A stretch of 64,000 bases of DNA from Candidatus Krumholzibacteriia bacterium. GTDB lineage: Bacteria > Krumholzibacteriota > Krumholzibacteriia > LZORAL124-64-63. The stretch spans positions 118,801 to 182,800 of the forward strand of contig JADGDU010000004.1 in assembly GCA_016744705.1 (NCBI GenBank), read 5' to 3'. Position 1 is the stretch's first letter. Each line of letters starts with the position of its first letter. This document shows, piece by piece, positions 29,901 to 38,062 of the stretch. The position numbers and the translations under genes were made by a program. The notes below the pieces were generated by a model, which was not told where the DNA came from, did no database searches, and saw nothing but the letters and a program-made list of their open reading frames with translations.

Positions 29901-30058
29901 TGGTCCCCATGGGGTTGGGCTTGGGCACGGGCGAGCAAATGCAGCGGCCCCTGGCCATCACAATCATTGGCGGGCTGAGCATTGCCACCATGCTGACTCT
30001 GTTTTTGACGCCGATCGTTTACGAGATGCTGCACAGCCGCACTGATCGGGAGTATTGA
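26978..30058 (+). CDS. RND permease (AcrB/HAE1-like), subunit 1
   Basis: 1026 aa; RRPVAI, GMLVDNSIVVLENI, RFRPIIMTT, PLAITIIGGL; start overlaps the MFP stop. Confidence 0.95.
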   Translation: MIIKTAVRRPVAILMVFLGMVLIGYRAKQLLSIDLLPTINYPNLTVITNYEDTPADDLTRLVTRPLEEVITGLAGVRRVVSKTREGVSTITVQYEWGTEMDFANLHLRESIDRVSYQEDFPEAADRPLILRWDPSARPIAILVLHGDSPMARMTEFAREVVKPAIEQIDGVSQAEVIGGADREILVQPDFGKMRLYGLTMADLGQALRVANISFPGGRIRKGPLHLPLRILGEFENLDDIRQTEIPAAGPGITISDVAEVLDTAKEPDGYTLNDNEEVVSLHLYKDVGENTITTTEEVDRILDILQGQYPDLDYNFIYRDADFVEESFKGMNQSLIYGAGLAFIVLFFFLMDWRSPIVVGLAIPVSIMTTFAFLHFAKVGLNLMSLGGLSLAAGMLVDNSIVVLENINRHLKLKRKDGESISDVCARAAGEVASPVIAATLTTVAVFFPVIYVPGIAGEFFRDQAMTVTISLIVSIFAALLLQPMLSAHILRIPGDRPAPIFRPGERIFQAIQSFYHRRLETVMDHKILFFTALTICVVLAGYLGSTMRLGFMPDRTRGDFTLAVELPAGTPLEMTRKAASDLAEFIAPMDEVETVYAQVGVTERTLASLKDYSAANTARIRVMLHPSRHGRGDLAKIKERLQPMLEAQVGAIFTYHEEGVGLREILASGEAAFTLGITAEKSTNALATAETLLPLLREVPGLQGVEMDRVMGNPTVEISINREKALRFGLEPESLAQELKNRIQGTVATTYNEVEQRIDIAVRLPRETRYDLPTVLASPIAIGDKTVPLGSFVIQTTGTPVREIVRRDQRRQITLTSDVTDRAVADIWVDVNAILDDTKLLDGVAFQTGGEQEEINTSFRDLGWALLLSALLVYMILAAQFESFLDPLIISAVLPVGIAGALITLYLTGQTMNIISLIGMIALLGIAVNDAIVKVATIRRLREGGLRGREAILQASTLRFRPIIMTTVTTVLAMVPMGLGLGTGEQMQRPLAITIIGGLSIATMLTLFLTPIVYEMLHSRTDREY

Positions 30059-30062
30059 GCTT

Positions 30063-33000
30063 ATGATCCGTTTCGCTGTTGACCACCCCGTAGCCACCTG
30101 GATGCTATTTGCCGCCCTGGTGGTGACGGGTCTGTACGCTGTGCCGAGGCTGAACATAGAAGCCATGCCCGAAACCGATCTGCCCGAACTGTCCATAGTC
30201 ACGGGCTGGAACGGCGCCAGCCCCAGTGCCATATTGCGCTCCATCACTTTGCCCATTGAAGAGGCAGTGGCCGGTTGCCACGGTGTGGAAGATTTGGACA
30301 GCATTTCCCGTCATGGTCAAAGCTCCGTCACGGTAAAGTTCAAACGCGATACCAATATGGAATTTGCCCGACTCGAGCTGTCCGAAAGACTGGGAGCCGT
30401 GAGGCGCACCTTACCGGCCCAGGCCAGCTCGCCCTTCATCCGGCCCTTTGTGCCTGAAGAGTTGCGCAGCGAAGAATTCTTCACACTTAGCCTGGTCTCG
30501 CCTCTTTCCATGAATGAATTGCGCGACCGGGCCGAGACCTGGTTGCTGCCTCGATTTTTGGCCATCAGCGGTGTGGCCGATGCCGAATTGCGCGGCGGCG
30601 CCCGCCCTCTGGTGCGCGTGCTTCTGGATCTGGAAATGGTGGAACGGTACGGACTGACTGCCGACGGCATCAGTGAGCGCATCAGTGCCCTCGATGATAT
30701 TGTTCCCGCCGGTGCCATTCGCAATTCGGGTCAGGAATTCACCGTCAGTGTGCGGGATTCCGCTTCGGTTGCCCGACTTGAAAACACCGTGCTGCGAACC
30801 ATCGGCAGCCAGCCCATCACTCTCGGTCACGTGGGCCAGGTGAAGCCAGATTATGAAGATGTTTCATTCTACGCCCGCATCAACGGCGACAATGTAATCA
30901 CCCTGGTCATCACCAAACGCAGTGGCCAGAACAGCATCTCCGTAAGCAAGCAATTGCGTGAAGAATTACCCCGCATTGAAGCGGCAGCACCCTTCCCCAT
31001 CACCTTTGAAATTGATCAGGATGAAGGCGCCGATCTGGAAGAAAAGCTGACTGACCTGGTCACTCGTTCTGGCATCATCCTGCTTCTGCTTTTCCTGATG
31101 TTGGCCATTGCCCTCAAGCGGGTTCGGCTTACGGGTATCGTTGTCCTTTCCATCGTTCTGGCCATCCTCATTTGCCTGAGCATGTTCTATCTGTTTGGGA
31201 TTTCGGTGAACTTTATCACCATCAGTGGCCTGACCGTTTGCTTCGGTATGTTGCTTGATAATAGCATTTTGGTTTTGGACGCCATCCACCGTCGCTTGTC
31301 AGGCAGCAAAGCCGCCGACGCCACCGAGGCCCTGGTCAGTGGTACCAGGGAAGTGGCCTTCCCCATCTTGGCCACAACCATGACCACCGTAGTGGCCTTC
31401 CTTTCTTTCATTTTCATGACCGACCGCTTGAGCCTCTTTTATGTTCCCCTGGCCATCAGTGTGGGCATCGCCATGCTGGCTTCCATCTTTGTGGCCTTTG
31501 GTTGGATTCCCGTGGCCCTGCGCGGACCCGCCGAAAGCGACATGCGCAACAGCAATTCCGCCGATGATGAATTTTCTCTCGGCGGATTATCCTTATTGTG
31601 GCGCTGGGCCCTGGGGGTTGTGATCCTGACAGTTATCGGCCTCAGCGGCCTGTGGATCTGGAAAGACTTACCCAACGTAGTCGATACATTACCCTGGGTT
31701 GCCGCTTCCGCTGCGCTGTTGATGTCCGTGGGAATCTTTGTCAGCTTTGTGGATGGATTGACCCGCTTCCACACCCGATTCTGGTTTCTTCCCATCGTGC
31801 TGACCATCGCTATTTTCGCCGGCACCTGGTACGTATTTGATGAGAAAGTGCGCACCGGCGGTTTCTGGCGCCCCCAGTCTGCAGAACAAATCGTGGTCTA
31901 CATTGAACGGCCTGTGGGCACCGACGTCAAACTGGCCAGTGCCACCATCCGCCTGTTCGAAGAAGAGGTTCTGCCGTTGCCCGAGGGAGTGCATATGCGC
32001 GCCAATGCCTCGAGCCAGCGGGCCTGGATCAACATGGAATTCGATGAAGAGATGTTGAGCACTGCCTACCCCGAAATGTATCGCAATAAATTTATTGTTC
32101 TGGCTGAAGAACTGGGCGGAATGTTCATCTGGATCAACGGATTTGGAGACACCTATATGAAAGGTGGGCGCGGTGGAGGCAACAGCAACTCCACAGTGCG
32201 CATCGACGGTTACAATTCCAAAGAGCTGAAAAAGATCAGCGATGGGGTGCTGGCGCGCCTGGACCGAAACCGCAGGGTTCGCAACGCACGGCTCAGCGAT
32301 GGTGGGCGTTTTTCCCGAGCCGGAACCGACGAAACTGTGATCATTTTGAACCGTGAGGTTCTGACGGAACACCGCTTGAGTGTGGCTGAAATGATGGGCC
32401 ACATCAGGCGCCTGCTGGGAGTGGACAGTCCCTGGCACATGATTCTGGACGGTGAAGACCAACGCCTGATGCTAACCTTTGACGACGCCGAAGAAATTGA
32501 ATACGACCAGATCATGGGCCGCATCATGACCACCTCCCGTGGTCAAAAAGTGCAGTTGGGCAAACTGATTTCCATTGAGAACAGACCCGAAATCAGCTCC
32601 ATCACCAGGCATGATCAGCGTTACAGCCAGCTTTTGAACTGGGAGTACATCGGCACCGACAGCATGAAACGGAAGTTCCTGGCCGACATTGTCAAAGGCA
32701 TTGAACTGCCCTACGGCTACACTGCCGAAGATATGAGTGGCGAGCAAATCACCGAAGAAGAAGAAGACCAACTCAAAGAAACTCTCTACTGGACTATAGT
32801 CTTCATCTTCATGGCCATGGCGGCCATGTTTGAAAGTTTCTTCCTGCCCTTCCTGGTGCTGCTGACTTTGCCCATGGCCATGGCCGGGGTGGGTGGCATT
32901 TACTGGGCCACCGGTGTGGAGTTTGATTCATCGGCCAAGATTGGCTTGATCCTCATGTTTGGTATTGTGGTGAATAACGCCATCCTGCTCATCAACCGCT

Positions 33001-33449
33001 TCCGGTTGCAGGTGCGGGAAATTATTGCAGAGAAAAGCTTCAGCACAGAGCTGGTTCCGGCCAAAGGTCGGCTGGGAGCCTTTGATTTGTGGCGTTTGGA
33101 AACGAAAGAGAGGCAGAGCATTCTGTCTCGGGCCATTGGAGAAGGGGTGCGCATTCAGATGCGCTCAATTCTACTGACCAGCGGCACCACTGTGGCCGGC
33201 ATGTTGCCCTTGATCTACAAAAATGATGCGTCCCAGGGCAATGACATCTGGCATAACCTGGCCCTCAGTTCCATCGGTGGCCTGACCAGTAGCACAGTGC
33301 TCATTCTCAGCGCCGTCCCCGCCCTCTACTGGATCTTTACCCGCTTCGGTTGGACTTTGGCCCGAGCCTGGCGAGCTATTACCAAATGGTCTCATAAAAT
33401 GCGCGGACATGCCGAACCCACCTCTGCTCTGGAAACTGACAATGGGTGA
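30063..33449 (+). CDS. RND permease (AcrB/HAE1-like), subunit 2, with insertions
   Basis: 1128 aa; DHPVAT, GMLLDNSILVLDAI, GIVVNNAILL, MRSILLTS. Confidence 0.93.
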   Translation: MIRFAVDHPVATWMLFAALVVTGLYAVPRLNIEAMPETDLPELSIVTGWNGASPSAILRSITLPIEEAVAGCHGVEDLDSISRHGQSSVTVKFKRDTNMEFARLELSERLGAVRRTLPAQASSPFIRPFVPEELRSEEFFTLSLVSPLSMNELRDRAETWLLPRFLAISGVADAELRGGARPLVRVLLDLEMVERYGLTADGISERISALDDIVPAGAIRNSGQEFTVSVRDSASVARLENTVLRTIGSQPITLGHVGQVKPDYEDVSFYARINGDNVITLVITKRSGQNSISVSKQLREELPRIEAAAPFPITFEIDQDEGADLEEKLTDLVTRSGIILLLLFLMLAIALKRVRLTGIVVLSIVLAILICLSMFYLFGISVNFITISGLTVCFGMLLDNSILVLDAIHRRLSGSKAADATEALVSGTREVAFPILATTMTTVVAFLSFIFMTDRLSLFYVPLAISVGIAMLASIFVAFGWIPVALRGPAESDMRNSNSADDEFSLGGLSLLWRWALGVVILTVIGLSGLWIWKDLPNVVDTLPWVAASAALLMSVGIFVSFVDGLTRFHTRFWFLPIVLTIAIFAGTWYVFDEKVRTGGFWRPQSAEQIVVYIERPVGTDVKLASATIRLFEEEVLPLPEGVHMRANASSQRAWINMEFDEEMLSTAYPEMYRNKFIVLAEELGGMFIWINGFGDTYMKGGRGGGNSNSTVRIDGYNSKELKKISDGVLARLDRNRRVRNARLSDGGRFSRAGTDETVIILNREVLTEHRLSVAEMMGHIRRLLGVDSPWHMILDGEDQRLMLTFDDAEEIEYDQIMGRIMTTSRGQKVQLGKLISIENRPEISSITRHDQRYSQLLNWEYIGTDSMKRKFLADIVKGIELPYGYTAEDMSGEQITEEEEDQLKETLYWTIVFIFMAMAAMFESFFLPFLVLLTLPMAMAGVGGIYWATGVEFDSSAKIGLILMFGIVVNNAILLINRFRLQVREIIAEKSFSTELVPAKGRLGAFDLWRLETKERQSILSRAIGEGVRIQMRSILLTSGTTVAGMLPLIYKNDASQGNDIWHNLALSSIGGLTSSTVLILSAVPALYWIFTRFGWTLARAWRAITKWSHKMRGHAEPTSALETDNG

Positions 33450-34599
33450 AACCGATGATTTGCTGGAGCAACTGACGGATCTTCGCCACAGTCTCCACCG
33501 GGAGGCAGAGCTATCCGGCCACGAGGTCGAAACAGCCTCAATGATGCACAAGTACTTCAGTGCGTGCCATCCGGACGAAATCCACGAAGGCCTGGGTGGA
33601 AATGGTTTGGCCGTGGTTTTTCATGCTCCTGAGAGGAAACCCGGCCCAGCCGTGATGCTACGAGCCGAACTGGACGCCCTTCCTCTTTTTGAAACTGGAG
33701 ACCTACCCTGGACCAGCCAAAATCTCGGCCGGGCTCACAAATGTGGACACGATGGCCACATGGCCATTCTGGCTGGAGTGGCGCGCCGGTTGCAAACCTA
33801 TCCACCCTTATCAGGTTCCGTAATCCTCTTGCTGCAACCCGCCGAAGAAACAGGCACCGGAGCCTTGGCCCTCCTGGCTGATGCGCGTTTTCAGGCCCTG
33901 AAGCCCCAATGGATTTTTGCTCTGCATAACCTGCCGGGATATCCTGCCTGGAGTATTCTCACCCGCGAAGGTGCCTTCGCTGCCGGCAGTGTGGGAGTTC
34001 GCATCATAATCAATGGAACCACCAGCCACGCCGCTTATCCCGAACAGGGTAAAAGCCCTGATTTGGCCATGGCTGAAATTGTCACCGGATTGGTCAATCT
34101 GGTAAATCCTGACAATGATAGTTTGGCTCTGGTCACGGTTGTGCATGCCCGCTTGGGAGAGCAAGCTTTTGGCATCAGTCCAGGCGATGCAGAAATTTTG
34201 GCCACACTCCGGGCTGATCAAAACAAAGTACTGCAGGAGCTCAAAATCAGGGCCGCAGCCTTGAGCAAAAAAGTGGCCCAGCAATATGATCTGGCCTTGG
34301 AAATAGAATATTGCGAAGAGTTTCCCGTCACCATGAATGACCCCGCGGCTGTGCAGGCCATTTGTCAGGTGGCTGCTGATTTGGATTTGGATGTGGAATC
34401 ACCGGATGAAAGCCCTTTCCGGTGGTCCGAAGATTTTGGTCTTTTGACTGAGTGGGCCACTCACGGCGCAATGTTCGGCTTGGGCGCTGGCCTGGACCAC
34501 CCGGTTTTGCATGGTCCCAATTATGATTTTAATGATGAATTGATTTTACCCGGCGTCACAATTTTAGAACGCATTTGCCGCCAGATCCAAGCAGAGTAG
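33442..34599 (+). CDS. M20 family amidohydrolase
   Basis: LHREAELSG, RAELDALP, HKCGHDGH, QPAEE, HNLPG, SEDF. ATG 33442 overlaps the RND2 stop. Confidence 0.92.
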   Translation: MGETDDLLEQLTDLRHSLHREAELSGHEVETASMMHKYFSACHPDEIHEGLGGNGLAVVFHAPERKPGPAVMLRAELDALPLFETGDLPWTSQNLGRAHKCGHDGHMAILAGVARRLQTYPPLSGSVILLLQPAEETGTGALALLADARFQALKPQWIFALHNLPGYPAWSILTREGAFAAGSVGVRIIINGTTSHAAYPEQGKSPDLAMAEIVTGLVNLVNPDNDSLALVTVVHARLGEQAFGISPGDAEILATLRADQNKVLQELKIRAAALSKKVAQQYDLALEIEYCEEFPVTMNDPAAVQAICQVAADLDLDVESPDESPFRWSEDFGLLTEWATHGAMFGLGAGLDHPVLHGPNYDFNDELILPGVTILERICRQIQAE

Positions 34600-34629
34600 G
34601 GCCCCGGATTTCCAGGGCCCGGATGCCAA

Positions 34630-35226
34630 TCAGCGGTACATTGATTTTAACGAATCCCAGCTGTGGGAATCGGTCGCCACCACCCCGCAGGGCGTCTCAC
34701 TGATCCGCGCTGTGCAGGCTCCATCGATGCCATTGTTCACAGCTCCGGAAACCATAACACCTACAGAATCGACAAACGTGGGATAAAGAGGGTCAAGACT
34801 GCTGGGTTCATAGCCACTCAGAGTAATGCACACTCCCTCATGAGAAGTGCCTATGTAAAAGAGGTGGAACGTCATCAAGATGTTGCTTTCCACTATGGGC
34901 ATGGGGCCTTGAAAGCCTATCATAAACTGCCCGTCACTGCCAAAATTGAAGCCTTGAAATCCGTTGGGATAGGCCCAATTAGTCACCATGGCAGGCCCTT
35001 CAATTTCCATCCCAAATTCAAGGCCTCCAAGGACCTCAAATGTGGGATTTTGCAGGATCAAATACAGACTAATGGGCGTGTATGGCGACAAGGTGCCTGC
35101 TTCAATGCAATCCAAATCTCCGAATGGGTCAAAATACAAGCCGAGGAGATTGTCCTCCTGGGCAAAAACCTGCCCCATACCCCCCAGCATGGCGATGAGC
35201 ACGAGACTGATGGCAAATCTCTTCAT
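34630..35226 (-). CDS. Secreted hypothetical protein ending in VATDSHSWDSLKSMYR
   Basis: GAGGAGG RBS, signal peptide MKRFAISLVLIAMLGGMGQVFA, beta-rich body with four Cys. Confidence 0.75.
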   Translation of the reverse strand: MKRFAISLVLIAMLGGMGQVFAQEDNLLGLYFDPFGDLDCIEAGTLSPYTPISLYLILQNPTFEVLGGLEFGMEIEGPAMVTNWAYPNGFQGFNFGSDGQFMIGFQGPMPIVESNILMTFHLFYIGTSHEGVCITLSGYEPSSLDPLYPTFVDSVGVMVSGAVNNGIDGACTARISETPCGVVATDSHSWDSLKSMYR

Positions 35227-35399
35227 AATATCCTCCTCTGAATAGCCCAAATCAGTTACCCCCTCGAACTATTATGGTATTGAACATTCAAGAAATGGTC
35301 AATGCAGTATACACGGCGTCTTTTCCATGGATTGCATTCAGAGTATGTTCTATCATAGCCACGGATGGATCCAACCGACTCCCCCAGCAAGGACGCCCA

Positions 35400-37169
35400 T
35401 TGGAAGAATCGAATAAAAAACAAAAGGGCCTTTTGGGTTTTGGAGCTCTGGCTCCTTACTTCCACCAACTGAAAGACCAAAAAGCTGACTTCGCCCTAGT
35501 CCTGCTCCTCATGCTGCTGGCCACCTCTGTCAGTTTGGCCATTCCCATTTTTGCCGGCCGTTTTGTGGACGCCATCAGTAAAACGACCCTCACCACACCT
35601 TCGGGTACCCAACTTTTGATCCTGGTGGGACTGCTGGTCTTGCAACTTCTGGGTTCTTTCTTTTTTCAGATTACCAGCGCCCGGCTGGGCCTGCGCATTG
35701 TGACCAGGCTTCGCCGCCAACTCTTTGCCCATATGCTAGAACTTCCCTCCATGTTCTTCAGCACCCAAAAAGCCGGCGATCTCTCCAGCCGCGTGACCGG
35801 TGATGTGGGAAAAATTCAGGCTATTCTCACCAGCGGCATTGTATCATTTCTGAGAGCTGTCCTCACCTTGGTGGGCGCTCTTATCCTCATGCTGAAGCTG
35901 AATCCCAAGTTGACCATTGTGGTTTTGCTCTTGATCCCCGCCACTTTAGGCCTGGTGCGTTTGTTTGGCTGGCGCTTGCAAAAGCTTTACCGCCGTATGT
36001 ACGATGAAATGGGTAACATCAGCAGCCAGGTTCAGGAAACGGTGGGATGCATCCGCAGCGTAAAGGTCTATAATGCCCAAAACCATCAGAACTCCCGTTT
36101 TGAGCACATGGCCGAACAGTACCGAAAAGCAGGTCTCAAACAGGCTGGCCTGCAGGCTGCCTTGGAATCAGGCACCCAAATCACCCTTTGGGTGTGCCTC
36201 TTAGCCGTGATGATTTATGGATTCACCCTCACTGCCAAGGGAGAAACCACGGGTGGTCAATTAGTCGCCTTCCTGCTGCTGGCTTTGCGTGTCACCATGC
36301 CCATGTCCTCTCTCACTTCCCTTTATACTTCAGCCCAGGCCGCGGTGGCTGCCGCCGGTCGCCTGGATGATATTTTCGCTCAGGAACCCGAACGTCAGCC
36401 TGGATCTCTTTCTCCTGCCCCCAATTCCCGCCCGGTGAACATCAACTTGAAAGATGTTTCTTTTCATTACGCCGGCGAGGCCGAGAGTCCTCTGGTTCTC
36501 AATAAGATGAGTCTGGACATACCTTCGGGCAGTTGGGTGGGCATTGTGGGCCCCAGCGGTGCGGGAAAAACCACTCTGGCAGGCATTCTGCTGGGATTGC
36601 TCCCGCCCACCAGCGGAACCCTAACCATGGATGGAAAACCCTATAATGAGCAGGACATCTCCGTCCTGCGCTCACATATGGCCTGGGTATCCCAGGATCC
36701 GGTTCTGTACGACGACAGCATCCGCAACAATATCCTCTTTGGGCTTTCCGATGTGCCCGAGGCTGAGTTGCAAGAGGCCTTGCGCCGCACGGGCATCTCG
36801 ACCTTTGTGAAAGCCTTCCCTGAAGGCCTGGAAACCCGATGTGGGGAGCAGGGATCTCGCCTCAGTGGCGGCCAGCGCCAACGGGTGGCTCTGGCCCGGG
36901 CATTCCTGCGCAACCCCGGCCTTCTGGTGCTGGATGAACCCACCAGTGCTTTGGATGCCGAATCTGAAGAATCCATCCGCATGGCCATGAAAGAAATCAT
37001 GGCTGACCGCACCACGGTGGTCATTGCCCACCGGTTTTCCCTGGTGCGCGACCTGGATCTCATTCTGGTGGTATCTGACGGCCAAATTGTGGAACGGGGC
37101 AATCATGAAGAGCTGATCCAATTGTCAGGCCTTTATCGTACCCTATACGAACTCCAGCAAGGGGAATAG
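35400..37169 (+). CDS. ABC exporter, fused TMD+NBD (MsbA-like); start uncertain
   Basis: Six TM helices, GPSGAGKT, LSGGQRQR, LVLDEPTSALD, VIAHR. Confidence 0.92.
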   Translation: MEESNKKQKGLLGFGALAPYFHQLKDQKADFALVLLLMLLATSVSLAIPIFAGRFVDAISKTTLTTPSGTQLLILVGLLVLQLLGSFFFQITSARLGLRIVTRLRRQLFAHMLELPSMFFSTQKAGDLSSRVTGDVGKIQAILTSGIVSFLRAVLTLVGALILMLKLNPKLTIVVLLLIPATLGLVRLFGWRLQKLYRRMYDEMGNISSQVQETVGCIRSVKVYNAQNHQNSRFEHMAEQYRKAGLKQAGLQAALESGTQITLWVCLLAVMIYGFTLTAKGETTGGQLVAFLLLALRVTMPMSSLTSLYTSAQAAVAAAGRLDDIFAQEPERQPGSLSPAPNSRPVNINLKDVSFHYAGEAESPLVLNKMSLDIPSGSWVGIVGPSGAGKTTLAGILLGLLPPTSGTLTMDGKPYNEQDISVLRSHMAWVSQDPVLYDDSIRNNILFGLSDVPEAELQEALRRTGISTFVKAFPEGLETRCGEQGSRLSGGQRQRVALARAFLRNPGLLVLDEPTSALDAESEESIRMAMKEIMADRTTVVIAHRFSLVRDLDLILVVSDGQIVERGNHEELIQLSGLYRTLYELQQGE

Positions 37170-37287
37170 ACCTTCGCTGCAAAGAACCCTCACCCACCTT
37201 AATCCCAACACCTTGCCCCTCTATTATTCATTGTTAAATAAAAAATTGTGGTGCTAATGACAGCAAGTTATGTTCTAATTTCCAGCG

Positions 37288-37307
37288 GTTGTCACAATTG
37301 TGTCAGC
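37288..37307. promoter_or_regulatory. Near-palindromic candidate operator upstream of sdhC
   Basis: GTTGTCACAATTGTGTCAGC with perfect core CACAATTGTG in the AT-rich intergenic region. Confidence 0.35.
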
Positions 37308-37353
37308 CGTCCACCACACCCTTCTGTGACACTTTCAGCAGGAGAGAGAATCC

Positions 37354-38061
37354 ATGAATTCTTTCGGCTCGATTGCCTGGTCATCGGTTGGTAAGAAGGT
37401 CATCACTGGTCTGACGGGACTGGCCCTTTTTGGGTTTGTCGTTGTTCACCTGATCGGTAATTTCACCCTCTTTATCGGCCCTGGTGCCTTCAACGATTAT
37501 GCTCACTTTTTGGAAACAGCAGCTCACGGCTGGCTTATTTACGCCTTTGAAGCTGTGCTGATCCCAATTTTCCTTTTCCACATGATCTCTGCCATCACCG
37601 TGGCCTGGACTGACCGCAGGGCCGCTCGCGATGTGGGATACAAGACCCTGAAGGACGCCGGTGGCAAAAGCCGCAAAAGCCTGGCATCCACCACCATGAT
37701 CTACTCAGGAATCTTGATCATCATTTTTGTGGTGGGTCATATCTTCCTGTTTAAATTTGCTGACCATGAAATTGGCGCCGATGGGGTCAAAAACCTCTAC
37801 AAAACCGTCGTCACCACTTTCAAAGGTCTGGGCTTCACGGCTTTCACCGTTGTGGTCATGGCTCTGTTGGGTCTTCACCTGCGCCACGGATTCTGGAGCG
37901 CATTCCAATCTCTGGGGCTGGCCAATGACAAATATTTGCCCATCCTTGAGAAACTGGCCCTGGTTTTCGCCATTCTGCTGGCCATCGGGTTCATTCTCAT
38001 TCCCATCATTCTCTTCCTCACCGGCGATCCCAACGCCGTAGCCGGTCCGGGAGGTCACTGA
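37354..38061 (+). CDS. sdhC: Succinate dehydrogenase/fumarate reductase cytochrome b subunit (single anchor)
   Basis: [19 protein letters not shown], four heme-ligand-type His, [14 protein letters not shown]. Confidence 0.92.
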   Translation: MNSFGSIAWSSVGKKVITGLTGLALFGFVVVHLIGNFTLFIGPGAFNDYAHFLETAAHGWLIYAFEAVLIPIFLFHMISAITVAWTDRRAARDVGYKTLKDAGGKSRKSLASTTMIYSGILIIIFVVGHIFLFKFADHEIGADGVKNLYKTVVTTFKGLGFTAFTVVVMALLGLHLRHGFWSAFQSLGLANDKYLPILEKLALVFAILLAIGFILIPIILFLTGDPNAVAGPGGH

Positions 38062-38062
38062 A

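Noticed and set aside
34598-34625. GGGCCC(C)GGAT short repeat/hairpin at the amidohydrolase junction as a REP or CRISPR-like repeat
   Set aside because: Only two short copies within 28 nt and no array; explained as a terminator-like hairpin between convergent genes.
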